A stretch of 64,000 bases of DNA. Source: Blastocatellia bacterium (GTDB lineage Bacteria; Acidobacteriota; Blastocatellia; RBC074). This document shows positions 1-9,551 of the stretch, one piece after another. Where the stretch lies: NCBI GenBank assembly GCA_035331565.1, contig DAOLKO010000004.1:239802-303801 (forward strand). Reading direction: 5' to 3'. How positions within the stretch are numbered: the first letter of the stretch is position 1; every line of letters starts with the position of its first letter. Both the position numbers and the translations under genes were made by a program. The notes under the pieces are model-generated. The model did not search any database. It saw only the letters and a program-made list of their open reading frames with translations, and was not told the DNA's origin.

Positions 1-420
1 CAATCATCAATCGCCTGCCGAACAGCGTCGGCTTTCTCGGCATTTTCCGTCGAATAGTAAGCGCGGCCTCCCGCCGGGCCGTAATGTTCCGAGATGAAGC
101 CCAACGCGCCTTCCAACCCATTGAGCAGCGCCAACACTTGTTCCGCCGGCGACGCGGCTTCGGCAATCACGGCGCTGTACACCTTTCGTAACCGCGTGAA
201 TCGCGGCGGTCGGTTGATTTCCAAATAAGCTTTGTTGAGCACGAAGGCGTAATGCTGAAAGTCGTTGGCGACGACGCGCAATCCCAGCCGCTTGAACATT
301 CGCCCGACCGCGCCGGTTCCGGCAAAGAGGTCACAAGCCGTCTGCTCGTCGCCTTCGCGGACTTCGCGCCAGACTTGTTCAATGAAAGGAAGCAGCGAAT
401 GTTTGGAGCCGATATAGTTC
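1..420 (-). CDS. N6-adenine DNA methyltransferase, D12 class (N-terminal ~140 aa; gene runs off window start)
   Basis: Reverse-strand translation from ATG at 420-418 reads MNYIGSKHSLLPFIEQVWREV...DLFAGTGAVGRMF. The YIGSK N-terminus and the FxGxG SAM-binding motif I are typical of Dam/D12-family type II m6A MTases. There is no stop before position 1. Confidence 0.5.
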
Positions 421-429
421 ATGCGGCTG

Positions 430-1542
430 CTACTCGTCTCCGAAAGAAATGCCCAAATCACGTGCCGCCTGAATAACATCGTAATCGGTGGGGACTTGTT
501 TGCGTTCTCTGACGGCGCTTTCCAGCGGAACGGTAATAATGGAAGAAGCCTGGTGAGCGACCATCACGTTGTATTCGCCGCGTTCGATGGCTTGGACGGC
601 AGCACAACCGAAACGGGTGGAGAGCAAACGATCCGCCGGCGTGGGCTGTCCGCCGCGCTGCAAGTGGCCAAGCATCAGCGAGCGCGTTTCGTAGCCGGTC
701 AATCGTCCCAGGTCTTTGGCCAGCAGTTCGGCGATGCCGCCCAGTCGCCGGGGTTCGCCTTCTACGTAAGGGTCTTGATAAGTCAACTCGCCACCGACCG
801 CATGCGCGCCTTCGGCGGCGACTATCACCGCGAACTTGCGTTTGTGCTGCCAGCGTTCGTGCAGCTTTTCGGCGATGGCTTCCAGGTTGAAAGGAATTTC
901 CGGGATCAGGATCACGTCCGCCGCACCGGCCACACCGGAATACAGCGCAATCCAGCCGGCATTGCGTCCCATCACTTCGACGATCATCACGCGCTCATGC
1001 GATTCGGCGGTGGCATGGACTTTATCAATCGCTTCGGTGGCGGTGGTGACGGCAGTGCTGAAACCGAAGGTCATCTCGGTCGCCATCAAATCGTTATCAA
1101 TGGTTTTGGGAACGCCGACAACGGGAATGCCTTTTTGCGCCAAGTCGTTGGCGATGGTCAGCGTGCCGTCGCCACCGATGACGATCAGCGCGTCGAGTTT
1201 TAGCTGGTGAAAGGCTTCGACGACTTGCGCTGAGATGTCCACCTCTTTCACTTTGCCGTTTTCGTTGATTTTCAGTCGGAAAGGATTGCCGCGATTGGAC
1301 GTGCCGAGAATGGTTCCACCGCGATAAATGATGCCACGAACATCGTGGGTATTGAGCCGGTGAATGCGTTCAGGATGCAGTAGTCCTTCAAAGCCCTTTT
1401 CGATGCCGCAAACTTCCCAGCCGCGATTGAGCGCACTGATGACTACAGCGCGAATAACCGCATTCAAGCCGGGACAATCGCCGCCCCCGGTGACTACGCC
1501 GATTTTTTTGAAGGAAGATACTTCGTTGGAGTTCTCTGCCAT
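430..1542 (-). CDS. pfkA: 6-phosphofructokinase (ATP- or PPi-dependent)
   Basis: 370 aa ORF. N-terminus IGVVTGGGDCPGLNAVIRAVV plus the GGDGS / MGR motifs are characteristic of the PFK-A family. Confidence 0.85.
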   Translation of the reverse strand: MAENSNEVSSFKKIGVVTGGGDCPGLNAVIRAVVISALNRGWEVCGIEKGFEGLLHPERIHRLNTHDVRGIIYRGGTILGTSNRGNPFRLKINENGKVKEVDISAQVVEAFHQLKLDALIVIGGDGTLTIANDLAQKGIPVVGVPKTIDNDLMATEMTFGFSTAVTTATEAIDKVHATAESHERVMIVEVMGRNAGWIALYSGVAGAADVILIPEIPFNLEAIAEKLHERWQHKRKFAVIVAAEGAHAVGGELTYQDPYVEGEPRRLGGIAELLAKDLGRLTGYETRSLMLGHLQRGGQPTPADRLLSTRFGCAAVQAIERGEYNVMVAHQASSIITVPLESAVRERKQVPTDYDVIQAARDLGISFGDE

Positions 1543-1681
1543 GCTTGAGCCAGTTTAACGATTCAGGCTCAAAGTGCAAATTCATAAAGGTAGGACAATT
1601 CAGGACGCGAGCACGAAAAATCACTTCCGTGCCCGCGTCTTCCCAGATGATTGCACCGCCTCCACAAATCACGTTTCCGCT

Positions 1682-2428
1682 TCAAGCTTCGCCTGACAGG
1701 ATGGCCATATCATTAATCACGATATGTCTTTCCTGAATGTCAATCAGTTCGCGGCGGCGAAGCTCATTCAGATGAGCGGTGACGGATTCACGCGTGCTGC
1801 CGACCAGATCGGCAATTTCCCGGTGCGGCAGTTTCAGATTGATAACCACAGAGCCGTTTTCCTGCACTGTCCCATAGCGAAATGCCATTTCGGACAGCAC
1901 TTTCGTCAGGCGTCCGGGAACGGCTTCAAGCGAAAGATTGAGCACGCGGTCTTCCGTGCGCTTGAGCCTTTCTCCAATGGTTCGGAAAACGTAATCGTAG
2001 AGCTTCGGATATTGAGTAATTAGTGCCTGAAAATCGCTTTTGTCGGTGTAAACGACAATCACGTCTTCATGCGCCTGAATGGAGCGGTCGCGTGGCCCGG
2101 TCAGATAAAGCGCGTCCTCGCCAAAAATCACTCCCGGAGCAAAGATGTCAATTAACGCCTGATTGCCCCGGCGATCCTGGCGCATCACTTTGACATAGCC
2201 TTGAATCAAACCGTAGATAGTGCTTCGGTCGTCTCCAACCTTGTAAATCCAGCTTCGATGAGGAAACCGTTTGAAGGAAAAATGGCTGGCGATGTCTTTC
2301 AATGACATATAGTCAAACAAATAGCCAAATTCCAATCCGGCTAAAGCCTCAATCAAATCCAGTCCAGAAAGAGACCGCCTTCTTTGTCTGGTGCTTCCCG
2401 TGGTGCGAGTGTCGTCAAGAATTTCCAT
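1682..2428 (-). CDS. Crp/Fnr family transcriptional regulator (cNMP-binding domain + C-terminal HTH)
   Basis: The ORF 1682..2620 contains a cNMP-binding-like core and a C-terminal HTH (REIADLVGSTRESVTAHLNEL). Start is placed at the internal Met (MEILDD...), because the upstream 190 nt are low-GC and non-coding-like. Confidence 0.6.
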   Translation of the reverse strand: MEILDDTRTTGSTRQRRRSLSGLDLIEALAGLEFGYLFDYMSLKDIASHFSFKRFPHRSWIYKVGDDRSTIYGLIQGYVKVMRQDRRGNQALIDIFAPGVIFGEDALYLTGPRDRSIQAHEDVIVVYTDKSDFQALITQYPKLYDYVFRTIGERLKRTEDRVLNLSLEAVPGRLTKVLSEMAFRYGTVQENGSVVINLKLPHREIADLVGSTRESVTAHLNELRRRELIDIQERHIVINDMAILSGEA

Positions 2429-2973
2429 ATCTTTAGTGTTGTGATCTTCTGTAATTGTCTTGAAGCATTTGTTCACCAATTTCCCCAAGAGTCCTGGTTC
2501 AAATGAACCTAGTTCCACCTCCGACCACTGAAAATTCTCGGGGCGAAAATCCTCTTTTCGTGGGTAACAAGTAGCTCCCGAAGAGTTTGTTGGATGTATA
2601 TGCCGCCGACGCTTAAGCAATGGGACGACGGCCTAAGATCGCGCCTAGTCTCGCTTCACATTCCTAATGCTTGTGCAATGCGCTAAGAGACTCTTGCGAG
2701 GTTGCCTATTGAATTTATAGGGGGAAAATCACCAACGTGGCCTAACATAACATAACTCTTCTTTTTGAAACAACCATTTCCCACAAGGCACTCTTACATT
2801 TTGTCATCTTTTATCTGACATCGCATTATTCCAATGACTAGAGCCTGTAAAAATTAGATGTAATCGCTTCTGATCTTAAGCTTTCCTACACTTGTAAAAG
2901 ACAATTAACCAACTTCTACGGCTTTGATATTTTGTTGCTTGTTGCGAAGTAGGAATTCCGCTAAGATTTCACG

Positions 2974-2993
2974 CTGAATGAGCGTTCATTCAG
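2974..2993. promoter_or_regulatory. 20-bp palindrome CTGAATGAGCGTTCATTCAG in the AT-rich promoter region upstream of the TetR/fad operon (candidate FadR operator)
   Basis: Near-perfect inverted repeat ending 26 nt before the TetR start. The surrounding 2.7-3.0 kb region is about 38% GC against about 60% elsewhere. TGAATGA half-sites resemble TetR-type FadR boxes. Confidence 0.4.
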
Positions 2994-3018
2994 TATTCCT
3001 TTCAATCCGTGTCACGTC

Positions 3019-3657
3019 ATGCGAACCAAACACAAAGCAGCAACTCGGACAGTTGAGTCGGCAGACGAGAAAACCCGCAACGGTAAGTCGGAGTTGATCT
3101 TGCGCGCGGCAGCGAAAGTCTTTGCGCAGTTCGGTTATTTCAACGCCAAAGTTTCCGATGTAGCGCGAGCAGCGGGAATTGCTGACGGCACTGTTTACCT
3201 GTACTTCAAAAACAAAGACGACTTGCTGACTTCAATTTTCAGTTGGGCGATGGGCCAATTTTTGAATCGCGCCCGCGTCGAACTGGCCGATCTGAAGGAG
3301 TCGCGCGAAAAATTGCGGCGTTTTGCCAATTTGCAGTTTTCCTTGCTTGAACAGGAGCGCGACATTGCCATTGTGTTCCAAATCGAACTTCGTCAGTCCG
3401 CCAAGTTCATGGAACAGTTTTCCACAACCTATTTGGCTGAGTACCTGCAAATGCTGCGTGAAATCATTGAGGAAGGACAACGAAGCGGAAGTTTTCGCAA
3501 AGGACTCAATTCCAAGCTGATGGCCAAACTGCTATTTGGAATGCTGGACGAAATGGCCACGAACTGGGTCTTGAGTCATGGCAATCACAGTCTGACCGCA
3601 ATGGCCGAACCGGTGCTTGACATTTTCTTCAACGGAGTTACCGCAAGCCATGCCTGA
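3019..3657 (+). CDS. TetR/AcrR family transcriptional regulator (FadR-like; fatty-acid degradation repressor)
   Basis: N-terminal TetR HTH (ILRAAAKVFAQFGYFNAKVSDVARAAGIADGTVYLYFKNKDDLL). It overlaps the start of the downstream acyl-CoA synthetase by 8 bp. Confidence 0.8.
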   Translation: MRTKHKAATRTVESADEKTRNGKSELILRAAAKVFAQFGYFNAKVSDVARAAGIADGTVYLYFKNKDDLLTSIFSWAMGQFLNRARVELADLKESREKLRRFANLQFSLLEQERDIAIVFQIELRQSAKFMEQFSTTYLAEYLQMLREIIEEGQRSGSFRKGLNSKLMAKLLFGMLDEMATNWVLSHGNHSLTAMAEPVLDIFFNGVTASHA

Positions 3658-5491
3658 TTCCAAACCGCCAATCAAAACTTTAATAGACTTGTTTGAACAC
3701 GTCGCCGCTAATCCCAAAGCCGACTTGCTGAATTACAAAAGCAATGGTCAATGGAAAGCGATGGCTACCGGCGAGTTGATCGAAAAAGTCCGCCTGACAA
3801 CCATGGGTTTATTTGCGCTGGGCGTGGAACCAGGCAATCACGTTGGTCTGCTTTCCGAAAACAGAGTGGAATGGACGATTGCCGATCTGGCGGCAATTCA
3901 TTGCGGCGCAGCGGACGTCCCTATTTATCCGACGCAATCTCCAAAACAGGTTGCCTACATTTTGAAAGACGCCGGCGTCGAAGTACTCTTCCTCTCCAAT
4001 CAAGCGCAATACGACCGCGTGCGCGATGCCCTGAATACCTGTCCTAAACTGCGTGTCATTATTTCCTTCGATCCGGTCAACGCCCCAAGCGGCAAAGTCA
4101 TGAATTTTGAAGAGCTAATAAATTGGGGGATCGCCGCCAACGACACCGATCCGCAAGCCTTTGACAGAATGCGGGCAACCGTCACGCCGGAAACCTTGGC
4201 GACTCTGATTTACACCTCCGGCACGACTGGGGATCCCAAAGGCGTGATGCTGACGCACCGCAACTTGATCGCCAATGCGCTGAGTACGTCACAAGTAACC
4301 GTCGTTCACGAAGACGATCCCGGTCTTTCCTTTCTCCCGTTCTCTCACATCTTCGAGCGCGCCGTGATCTACTTTTACTTCTATAACCGGGCGCGAATCT
4401 TTTACGCGCAAAGCATTGAAACCGTCGCCAGGGATTTGCTCGAAGTCAGGCCGTATTACATGACCAGCGTGCCGCGCCTGTTTGAAAAAATCTACGCGAA
4501 AGCCATGGACAAAGCCGAAGAAAAAGGCGCGGCGGCAACCAAGCTCGCTCGCTGGTCGGTGGAAGTCGCCAAACAATGGGCGGAAGTTGTGAGCAAAGGC
4601 GGCCAACCTTCTTTCGGATTGAGTCTCAAGCACAAGATCGCCGACGCGCTGGTGCTGTCAAAGTGGCGGGCGGCGATGGGCGGGCGTATCAAGTATTTCG
4701 TTTGCGGTGGCGCGGCGCTCGCGCCCGATTTGGCAAAAGTTTTTTACGCCGCTGGCATGCCCATTTTGCAAGGTTACGGTTTGACGGAAAGCTCACCCGG
4801 CATTTCCGCCAACAGCGCGAAGGAAAATCGTTTGGGTTCGGTGGGCCGTCCGATGCCCGGCGTGACGGTGAAAATTGCCGAAGACGGCGAAATCCTCTGT
4901 GCCGGTGCCAACGTCATGCGCGGTTATTACAACAAGCCAGAAGAAACCGACGCCGCGCTGGAAACTGACGCCGACGGTCGCGTCTGGCTTCACACCGGCG
5001 ATGTCGGTTATCTTGACGCCGACGGTTACCTATTCATCACCGACCGCAAAAAAGACCTGCTGAAAACCAGCGGCGGAAAATACATCGCCCCACAGCCAAT
5101 TGAAAACGCCATTAAACAAAGCCGTTTCGTCAATCAGGTGCTGGTCATCGGCGAAGGACGCAAGTTCCCTGCCGCCTTGATCGTGCCGCAAATGGACGTG
5201 CTGCTGACTTATGCCGCGCAGCAAGGCATCACCGCCAAAGACGCAACGGAGTTGATCCGGCATCCCCAAATCATCAGCCTGATGGAAAGCGAAGTAGACA
5301 GAAACTGCGGCGATCTGTCGAAGTACGAACGCATCAAAGCCGTGCTGCTGCTTGACCGCGAACTGACGATCGAAAGTGGCGAATTGACGCCGACGCTGAA
5401 AATTAAACGTCGTGTCGTCGTGGACAAAAACAAAAAGGCGATTGACCGGCTTTACGAAGAAAAACAAGCCGCGCACGCCGAAACTCACTAA
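3650..5491 (+). CDS. fadD: long-chain-fatty-acid--CoA ligase (AMP-dependent synthetase)
   Basis: AMP-binding motif LIYTSGTTGDPKGVMLTHRNL and the GYGLTE motif; about 600 aa. Start is taken at MPDSKPPIK, the ATG overlapping the TetR stop. Confidence 0.85.
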   Translation: MPDSKPPIKTLIDLFEHVAANPKADLLNYKSNGQWKAMATGELIEKVRLTTMGLFALGVEPGNHVGLLSENRVEWTIADLAAIHCGAADVPIYPTQSPKQVAYILKDAGVEVLFLSNQAQYDRVRDALNTCPKLRVIISFDPVNAPSGKVMNFEELINWGIAANDTDPQAFDRMRATVTPETLATLIYTSGTTGDPKGVMLTHRNLIANALSTSQVTVVHEDDPGLSFLPFSHIFERAVIYFYFYNRARIFYAQSIETVARDLLEVRPYYMTSVPRLFEKIYAKAMDKAEEKGAAATKLARWSVEVAKQWAEVVSKGGQPSFGLSLKHKIADALVLSKWRAAMGGRIKYFVCGGAALAPDLAKVFYAAGMPILQGYGLTESSPGISANSAKENRLGSVGRPMPGVTVKIAEDGEILCAGANVMRGYYNKPEETDAALETDADGRVWLHTGDVGYLDADGYLFITDRKKDLLKTSGGKYIAPQPIENAIKQSRFVNQVLVIGEGRKFPAALIVPQMDVLLTYAAQQGITAKDATELIRHPQIISLMESEVDRNCGDLSKYERIKAVLLLDRELTIESGELTPTLKIKRRVVVDKNKKAIDRLYEEKQAAHAETH

Positions 5492-5502
5492 AGTCCGGCA
5501 TT

Positions 5503-6195
5503 ATGTTTCCAATCAATCTAAGCATTACGCGCATTCTTAAGCACACGCCGACAACCTGGAGTTTCTTCATGATTCCGCAACACGCCGTGCGCCCGAACTT
5601 CATTGCCGGGCAGGTGGCAGTGCTGGAAATGGATAATTACGGCGATTCCTATTACGCCTTTGCTTCCGCGCCGGAAGAAAACGAATTCGAGTTTCTAATC
5701 AAACGCCGCGCGTCGGCCAACGTCACGGCGGCGCTGTTCGATCCGCACATCGCCAAACGCATCGTGCTGAAGGACATCATCGGCAGCGGTTTTCCGGTCG
5801 AAGCACACAAAGGCCACGATCTGGTTTTCGTCGCGATGGGAACCGGGCTTGCGCCGCTGCGTTCGGCGCTGCGGCATATTTTTCGGCAGCGAGAAGATTA
5901 CGGCCGTTTGTTCGTGCTTTACGGCGCGCGCACCGTGGAAGACTTTTGCTTTGAAGACGAAATGACCGTCGAATGGCGGCAGAAAGGCGTGGAACTTCGC
6001 CAGGTGCTGAGCCAGCCTGGCGACGCAGCCTGGGATGGGCCGACAGGTTATGTACAAAGCCTGCTCGATAACGTCGTGCCGGGAATGAACAATCCGCTGG
6101 CACTGGTTTGTGGCTCAGGCGAAATGATTCAGCAAACCAAAACCAGGCTGAGCGAACTGGGCTTCGCGCCCGAAAAGATTTTGACCAATTACTGA
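5503..6195 (+). CDS. FNR-like oxidoreductase (FAD-binding + NAD(P)-binding domains; PyrK / sulfite-reductase-B-like)
   Basis: A ferredoxin-reductase-type fold is suggested by the YYAFASAP...EFLIKRR segment, a GxGxAP NAD-binding motif (FVAMGTGLAPLRS) and a C-terminal LVCGSGEM segment. Confidence 0.5.
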   Translation: MFPINLSITRILKHTPTTWSFFMIPQHAVRPNFIAGQVAVLEMDNYGDSYYAFASAPEENEFEFLIKRRASANVTAALFDPHIAKRIVLKDIIGSGFPVEAHKGHDLVFVAMGTGLAPLRSALRHIFRQREDYGRLFVLYGARTVEDFCFEDEMTVEWRQKGVELRQVLSQPGDAAWDGPTGYVQSLLDNVVPGMNNPLALVCGSGEMIQQTKTRLSELGFAPEKILTNY

Positions 6196-6213
6196 CGAAC
6201 GACCGATCCCCGA

Positions 6214-7113
6214 ATGGCTGCTGAATACGACAATCTGCTGAAATACCTAGCTGAAAACCACGCCGAGGCGTTGGCTTCATGGCTGCTTGGCAGGCCGGTC
6301 AAAAATCGCGTGCGATTGTTGAAAACCGAACTGTCGCTGCAGCCGATCCGCTCGGACTTTTTGGCACAGTACGAAGTGGACGATGAAATCCTGCACGCCG
6401 AATTCGAGACCGATCCGGGCAATAGCGAACCGCCGCTGCCGCTGCGAATGATTGATTACTTCGTGCGCACCTACCGCCGCGAACGCAAGCCCGTGCGGCA
6501 AGTCGTCATAGTCCTGTCCGAAACCGGCGCGCCCATCCCGGACGAGTTTCGCGTCGGCGATACCTGCCATCGTTACCGCGTTATCAAAATGTGCGAACAA
6601 GATCCCGCACCACTCTTGGCCGATCCGGGTCTTGCGCCGCTGGCCGTACTGGCACAATCCGATCAGCCCGAACAACTGGTGCGACAAGTCGCCGAAGTGG
6701 TGCAGAATATTCCTGAACCCGGATTGCGCAGCGATTCCACCGCAGCGGCATTCATTCTGGGCGGATTGCGCTTCGACAAAACGCTGTTACGAAGCTTGTT
6801 TAAGGAGGAGATCATGAAACATTCGTCAACTTATCTGGACCTTGTGGAAAGAAGCGAACAACGCGGCGAACAACGCGGCGAACAACGCGGCGTTGTGCTT
6901 GGCGCGCTGAGCGTGTTGAAAGAATTGCTCAAACATCATTTCGGCCAATTGCCTGAAGTGATCGAAGAAAAGCTCGCCAATCTGGACGCGCCGACACTGA
7001 CGCAATTGGGTGTGGCACAGTCCGGTCTCACCTCGCTAGATGAAGTATCCGCCTGGATCGAGCAACACAGACCGCATTCCCATAACGGCACAGTTCAAAA
7101 CGGCGCGGCTTAA
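6214..7113 (+). CDS. Rpn (YhgA-like) family PD-(D/E)XK recombination-promoting nuclease/putative transposase, with DUF4351-like C-terminus
   Basis: N-terminal YDNLLKYL...ALASWLLG resembles the Rpn/Transposase_31 N-terminus. The C-terminal helical region has an EQRGEQRGEQRG repeat, as seen in DUF4351 tails. Confidence 0.45.
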   Translation: MAAEYDNLLKYLAENHAEALASWLLGRPVKNRVRLLKTELSLQPIRSDFLAQYEVDDEILHAEFETDPGNSEPPLPLRMIDYFVRTYRRERKPVRQVVIVLSETGAPIPDEFRVGDTCHRYRVIKMCEQDPAPLLADPGLAPLAVLAQSDQPEQLVRQVAEVVQNIPEPGLRSDSTAAAFILGGLRFDKTLLRSLFKEEIMKHSSTYLDLVERSEQRGEQRGEQRGVVLGALSVLKELLKHHFGQLPEVIEEKLANLDAPTLTQLGVAQSGLTSLDEVSAWIEQHRPHSHNGTVQNGAA

Positions 7114-7150
7114 AACGCGTCCGAATTCATTCAAGGAGACATTCATACTT

Positions 7151-9541
7151 ATGCAGATCAAAAAAGCAGCGGTGTTGGGCGCAGGAGTGATGGGCGCACA
7201 AATTGCCGCACACCTGGCCAACGCCGGCATCCCCTGTTTGCTGCTCGACATTGCGCCGAAAGAACTGACGCCCGAAGAAGCAGCCAAAGGCTTGACGCTC
7301 GACGCGCGCGCCGTGCGCAACCGCATCGCCCAAGCCGGTTTCGACGCCGCGCAAAAAGCCAAACCGGCAGCCTTCTTTGTCGGCGATGCCGCCAAGCTCG
7401 TCACGGTCGGCAACTTTGAAGACGATTTGCCGAAGCTCAAAGATTGCGACTGGATCATCGAAGCCATCGTCGAAAAGCTCGACATCAAACGCTCGCTCTA
7501 TGAACGCATCGAACCGCACCTGAAACCCGAAGCGATCATCACCTCGAACACTTCCGGCATTCCGCTCGCGAGCCTTGCCGAAGGCCGTTCGGACAACTTC
7601 CGCCGGTGTTTTCTGGGCACGCACTTTTTCAACCCGCCGCGTTATCTGCACTTGATGGAAATCATCACGCAGCCGGAAACCGACGCCGAAGTCACGAAGT
7701 TCATCGCCGATTTCACCGACCGTCAATTGGGCAAAGGCGTCGTTTACGCCAAAGACACGCCAGGTTTTGTCGCCAACCGTATCGGCAATTTTTCGATGCT
7801 CAATGCGTTTAACGTCATGGGCGAACTCGGCCTGAGCTTTGAAGAAGTGGACGCGCTGACCGGAACCGTTATCGGCCACGCCAAGAGCGCCAGTTTCCGC
7901 ACGTTGGATGTCGTAGGACTCGACACCGCCTACAACGTGGCCAAGAACCTTTACGCCGCGCTGCCCAACGACGAAAAGCGCGAATCTTTCAAAGTACCGG
8001 CGTTTATGGAAGCGATGGTCGAACGCCGTCTGCTCGGCGATAAGACCGGCGGCGGCTTTTACAAGAAAGTCGGCAAAGACATCGTCACGCTCGACACCAC
8101 GACCTTTGAATATCGCCCGCAGCAGAAAGCACAATTCGCTTCGCTGGGCGCAGCCAAACAAATCGAAAGCCTGCCCGAACGGCTGCGCTCGCTGGTTTAT
8201 GCGCAGGACAAAGCAGGCGAATTCCTCTGGCGCACGATGTCCGAAGCCGGGAGCTACGCCGCCAACCGCATCCCTGAAATCGCCGACAACATTGTCGAAA
8301 TTGACAACGCGATGAAATGGGGCTTCGCGCACGAAATGGGGCCGTTTGAAAAATGGGACGCCATCGGCGTGGAAAAATCCGTCGCACGTTTGAAAGAAGA
8401 AGGCCGCCCCATTCCCACAAACGTCGAAAAGATGCTCAGCACGGGAGCCAAAAGCTTTTACAAAACCGAAAATGGCACGCGCTATTACTTTGATTTTGCC
8501 GGCGGCGAATACAAACCTGTTCCCATTCCGGCGGGCATCACGATCCTGAAATCGCTGAAAGACCAAAGCAAAATCATCAAGAAAAACGCTGGAGCAAGCT
8601 TGATTGACCTGGGTGACGGCGTGGCCTGCGTCGAATTCCATTCCAAGATGAACGCTCTGGGCAGCGATCAACTGGGAATGATTCAGTGGGCGATCAAGGA
8701 AGTCGAAAAGAATCACGTCGGTCTGGTCATCGGCAATCAGGGCGAGAATTTTTCGGCGGGCGCAAACATCATGATGATGCTGATGGCCGCGCAGGAAGGC
8801 GAATGGGACGAAATCAACCTGGGCGTTCGCCAATTCCAAAACACGACAATGAGTTTGCGGTATTCAGCCAAACCGGTCGTCGTTGCGCCGCATCACCTGA
8901 CGCTAGGCGGCGGCTGCGAAATGGTTTTGCACTCCGACCGCGCTGTAGCTGCGGCGGAAACCTACATCGGCTTGGTTGAAGTCGGCGTTGGCTTGCTGCC
9001 GGGCGGCGGCGGCACAAAGGAAATGGCCGTTCGCGCTGCGGAAGCCGCTGAAGCCGCGCCGGGCGTGGATCATTTTGAAGTGCTGAAAAGCAATTTTGAA
9101 TTGACCGCGATGGGCAAGGTCGCCACTTCCGCTGTTGAAGCGCGCAAATGGGGATTGCTGCGCAAGGCCGACCGCGTGGCAATGAACGACAAACGTGTCA
9201 TCGAAGATGCCAAACAAACCGTGCTGACGCTGGTCGCCGAAGGCTACACGCCACCGCAACCGCGCCAGGATGTCTTGGTGTTGGGCGAAGCGGCGCTGAG
9301 CAAATTCAAACTGGGAATGCACATGATGCAACGCGGCGGGTACATCTCCGCGCACGACGCCTTGATCGGCTTGAAAATCGCGACAGTCATCAGCGGCGGT
9401 AATCTCTCTCGCCCAACACGCGTCAGTGAACAATACCTGCTCGATCTGGAACGCGAAGCCTTTGTCAGCCTGTGCGGAACCAGAGCAACGCAGGAACGCT
9501 TGGCGCACATGTTGAAGACGGGCAAACCGCTGAGGAATTAG
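7151..9541 (+). CDS. fadN: bifunctional 3-hydroxyacyl-CoA dehydrogenase / enoyl-CoA hydratase (FadN/FadB-like; dehydrogenase domain N-terminal)
   Basis: Start MQIKKAAVLGAGVMGAQIAAHLA (Rossmann GxGxxG) is preceded by a GGAG RBS. The 3HCDH domain is followed by a crotonase-fold C-terminal half; about 796 aa. Confidence 0.85.
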   Translation: MQIKKAAVLGAGVMGAQIAAHLANAGIPCLLLDIAPKELTPEEAAKGLTLDARAVRNRIAQAGFDAAQKAKPAAFFVGDAAKLVTVGNFEDDLPKLKDCDWIIEAIVEKLDIKRSLYERIEPHLKPEAIITSNTSGIPLASLAEGRSDNFRRCFLGTHFFNPPRYLHLMEIITQPETDAEVTKFIADFTDRQLGKGVVYAKDTPGFVANRIGNFSMLNAFNVMGELGLSFEEVDALTGTVIGHAKSASFRTLDVVGLDTAYNVAKNLYAALPNDEKRESFKVPAFMEAMVERRLLGDKTGGGFYKKVGKDIVTLDTTTFEYRPQQKAQFASLGAAKQIESLPERLRSLVYAQDKAGEFLWRTMSEAGSYAANRIPEIADNIVEIDNAMKWGFAHEMGPFEKWDAIGVEKSVARLKEEGRPIPTNVEKMLSTGAKSFYKTENGTRYYFDFAGGEYKPVPIPAGITILKSLKDQSKIIKKNAGASLIDLGDGVACVEFHSKMNALGSDQLGMIQWAIKEVEKNHVGLVIGNQGENFSAGANIMMMLMAAQEGEWDEINLGVRQFQNTTMSLRYSAKPVVVAPHHLTLGGGCEMVLHSDRAVAAAETYIGLVEVGVGLLPGGGGTKEMAVRAAEAAEAAPGVDHFEVLKSNFELTAMGKVATSAVEARKWGLLRKADRVAMNDKRVIEDAKQTVLTLVAEGYTPPQPRQDVLVLGEAALSKFKLGMHMMQRGGYISAHDALIGLKIATVISGGNLSRPTRVSEQYLLDLEREAFVSLCGTRATQERLAHMLKTGKPLRN

Positions 9542-9551
9542 TTAGGTCACG

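Noticed and set aside
7127-8839. 570-aa ORF on the minus strand across fadN
   Set aside because: Antisense shadow ORF in a high-GC gene. It has no recognisable motifs and an Arg/Ala/Gly-rich composition typical of an out-of-frame GC-rich reading. The plus-strand FadN call explains the region.
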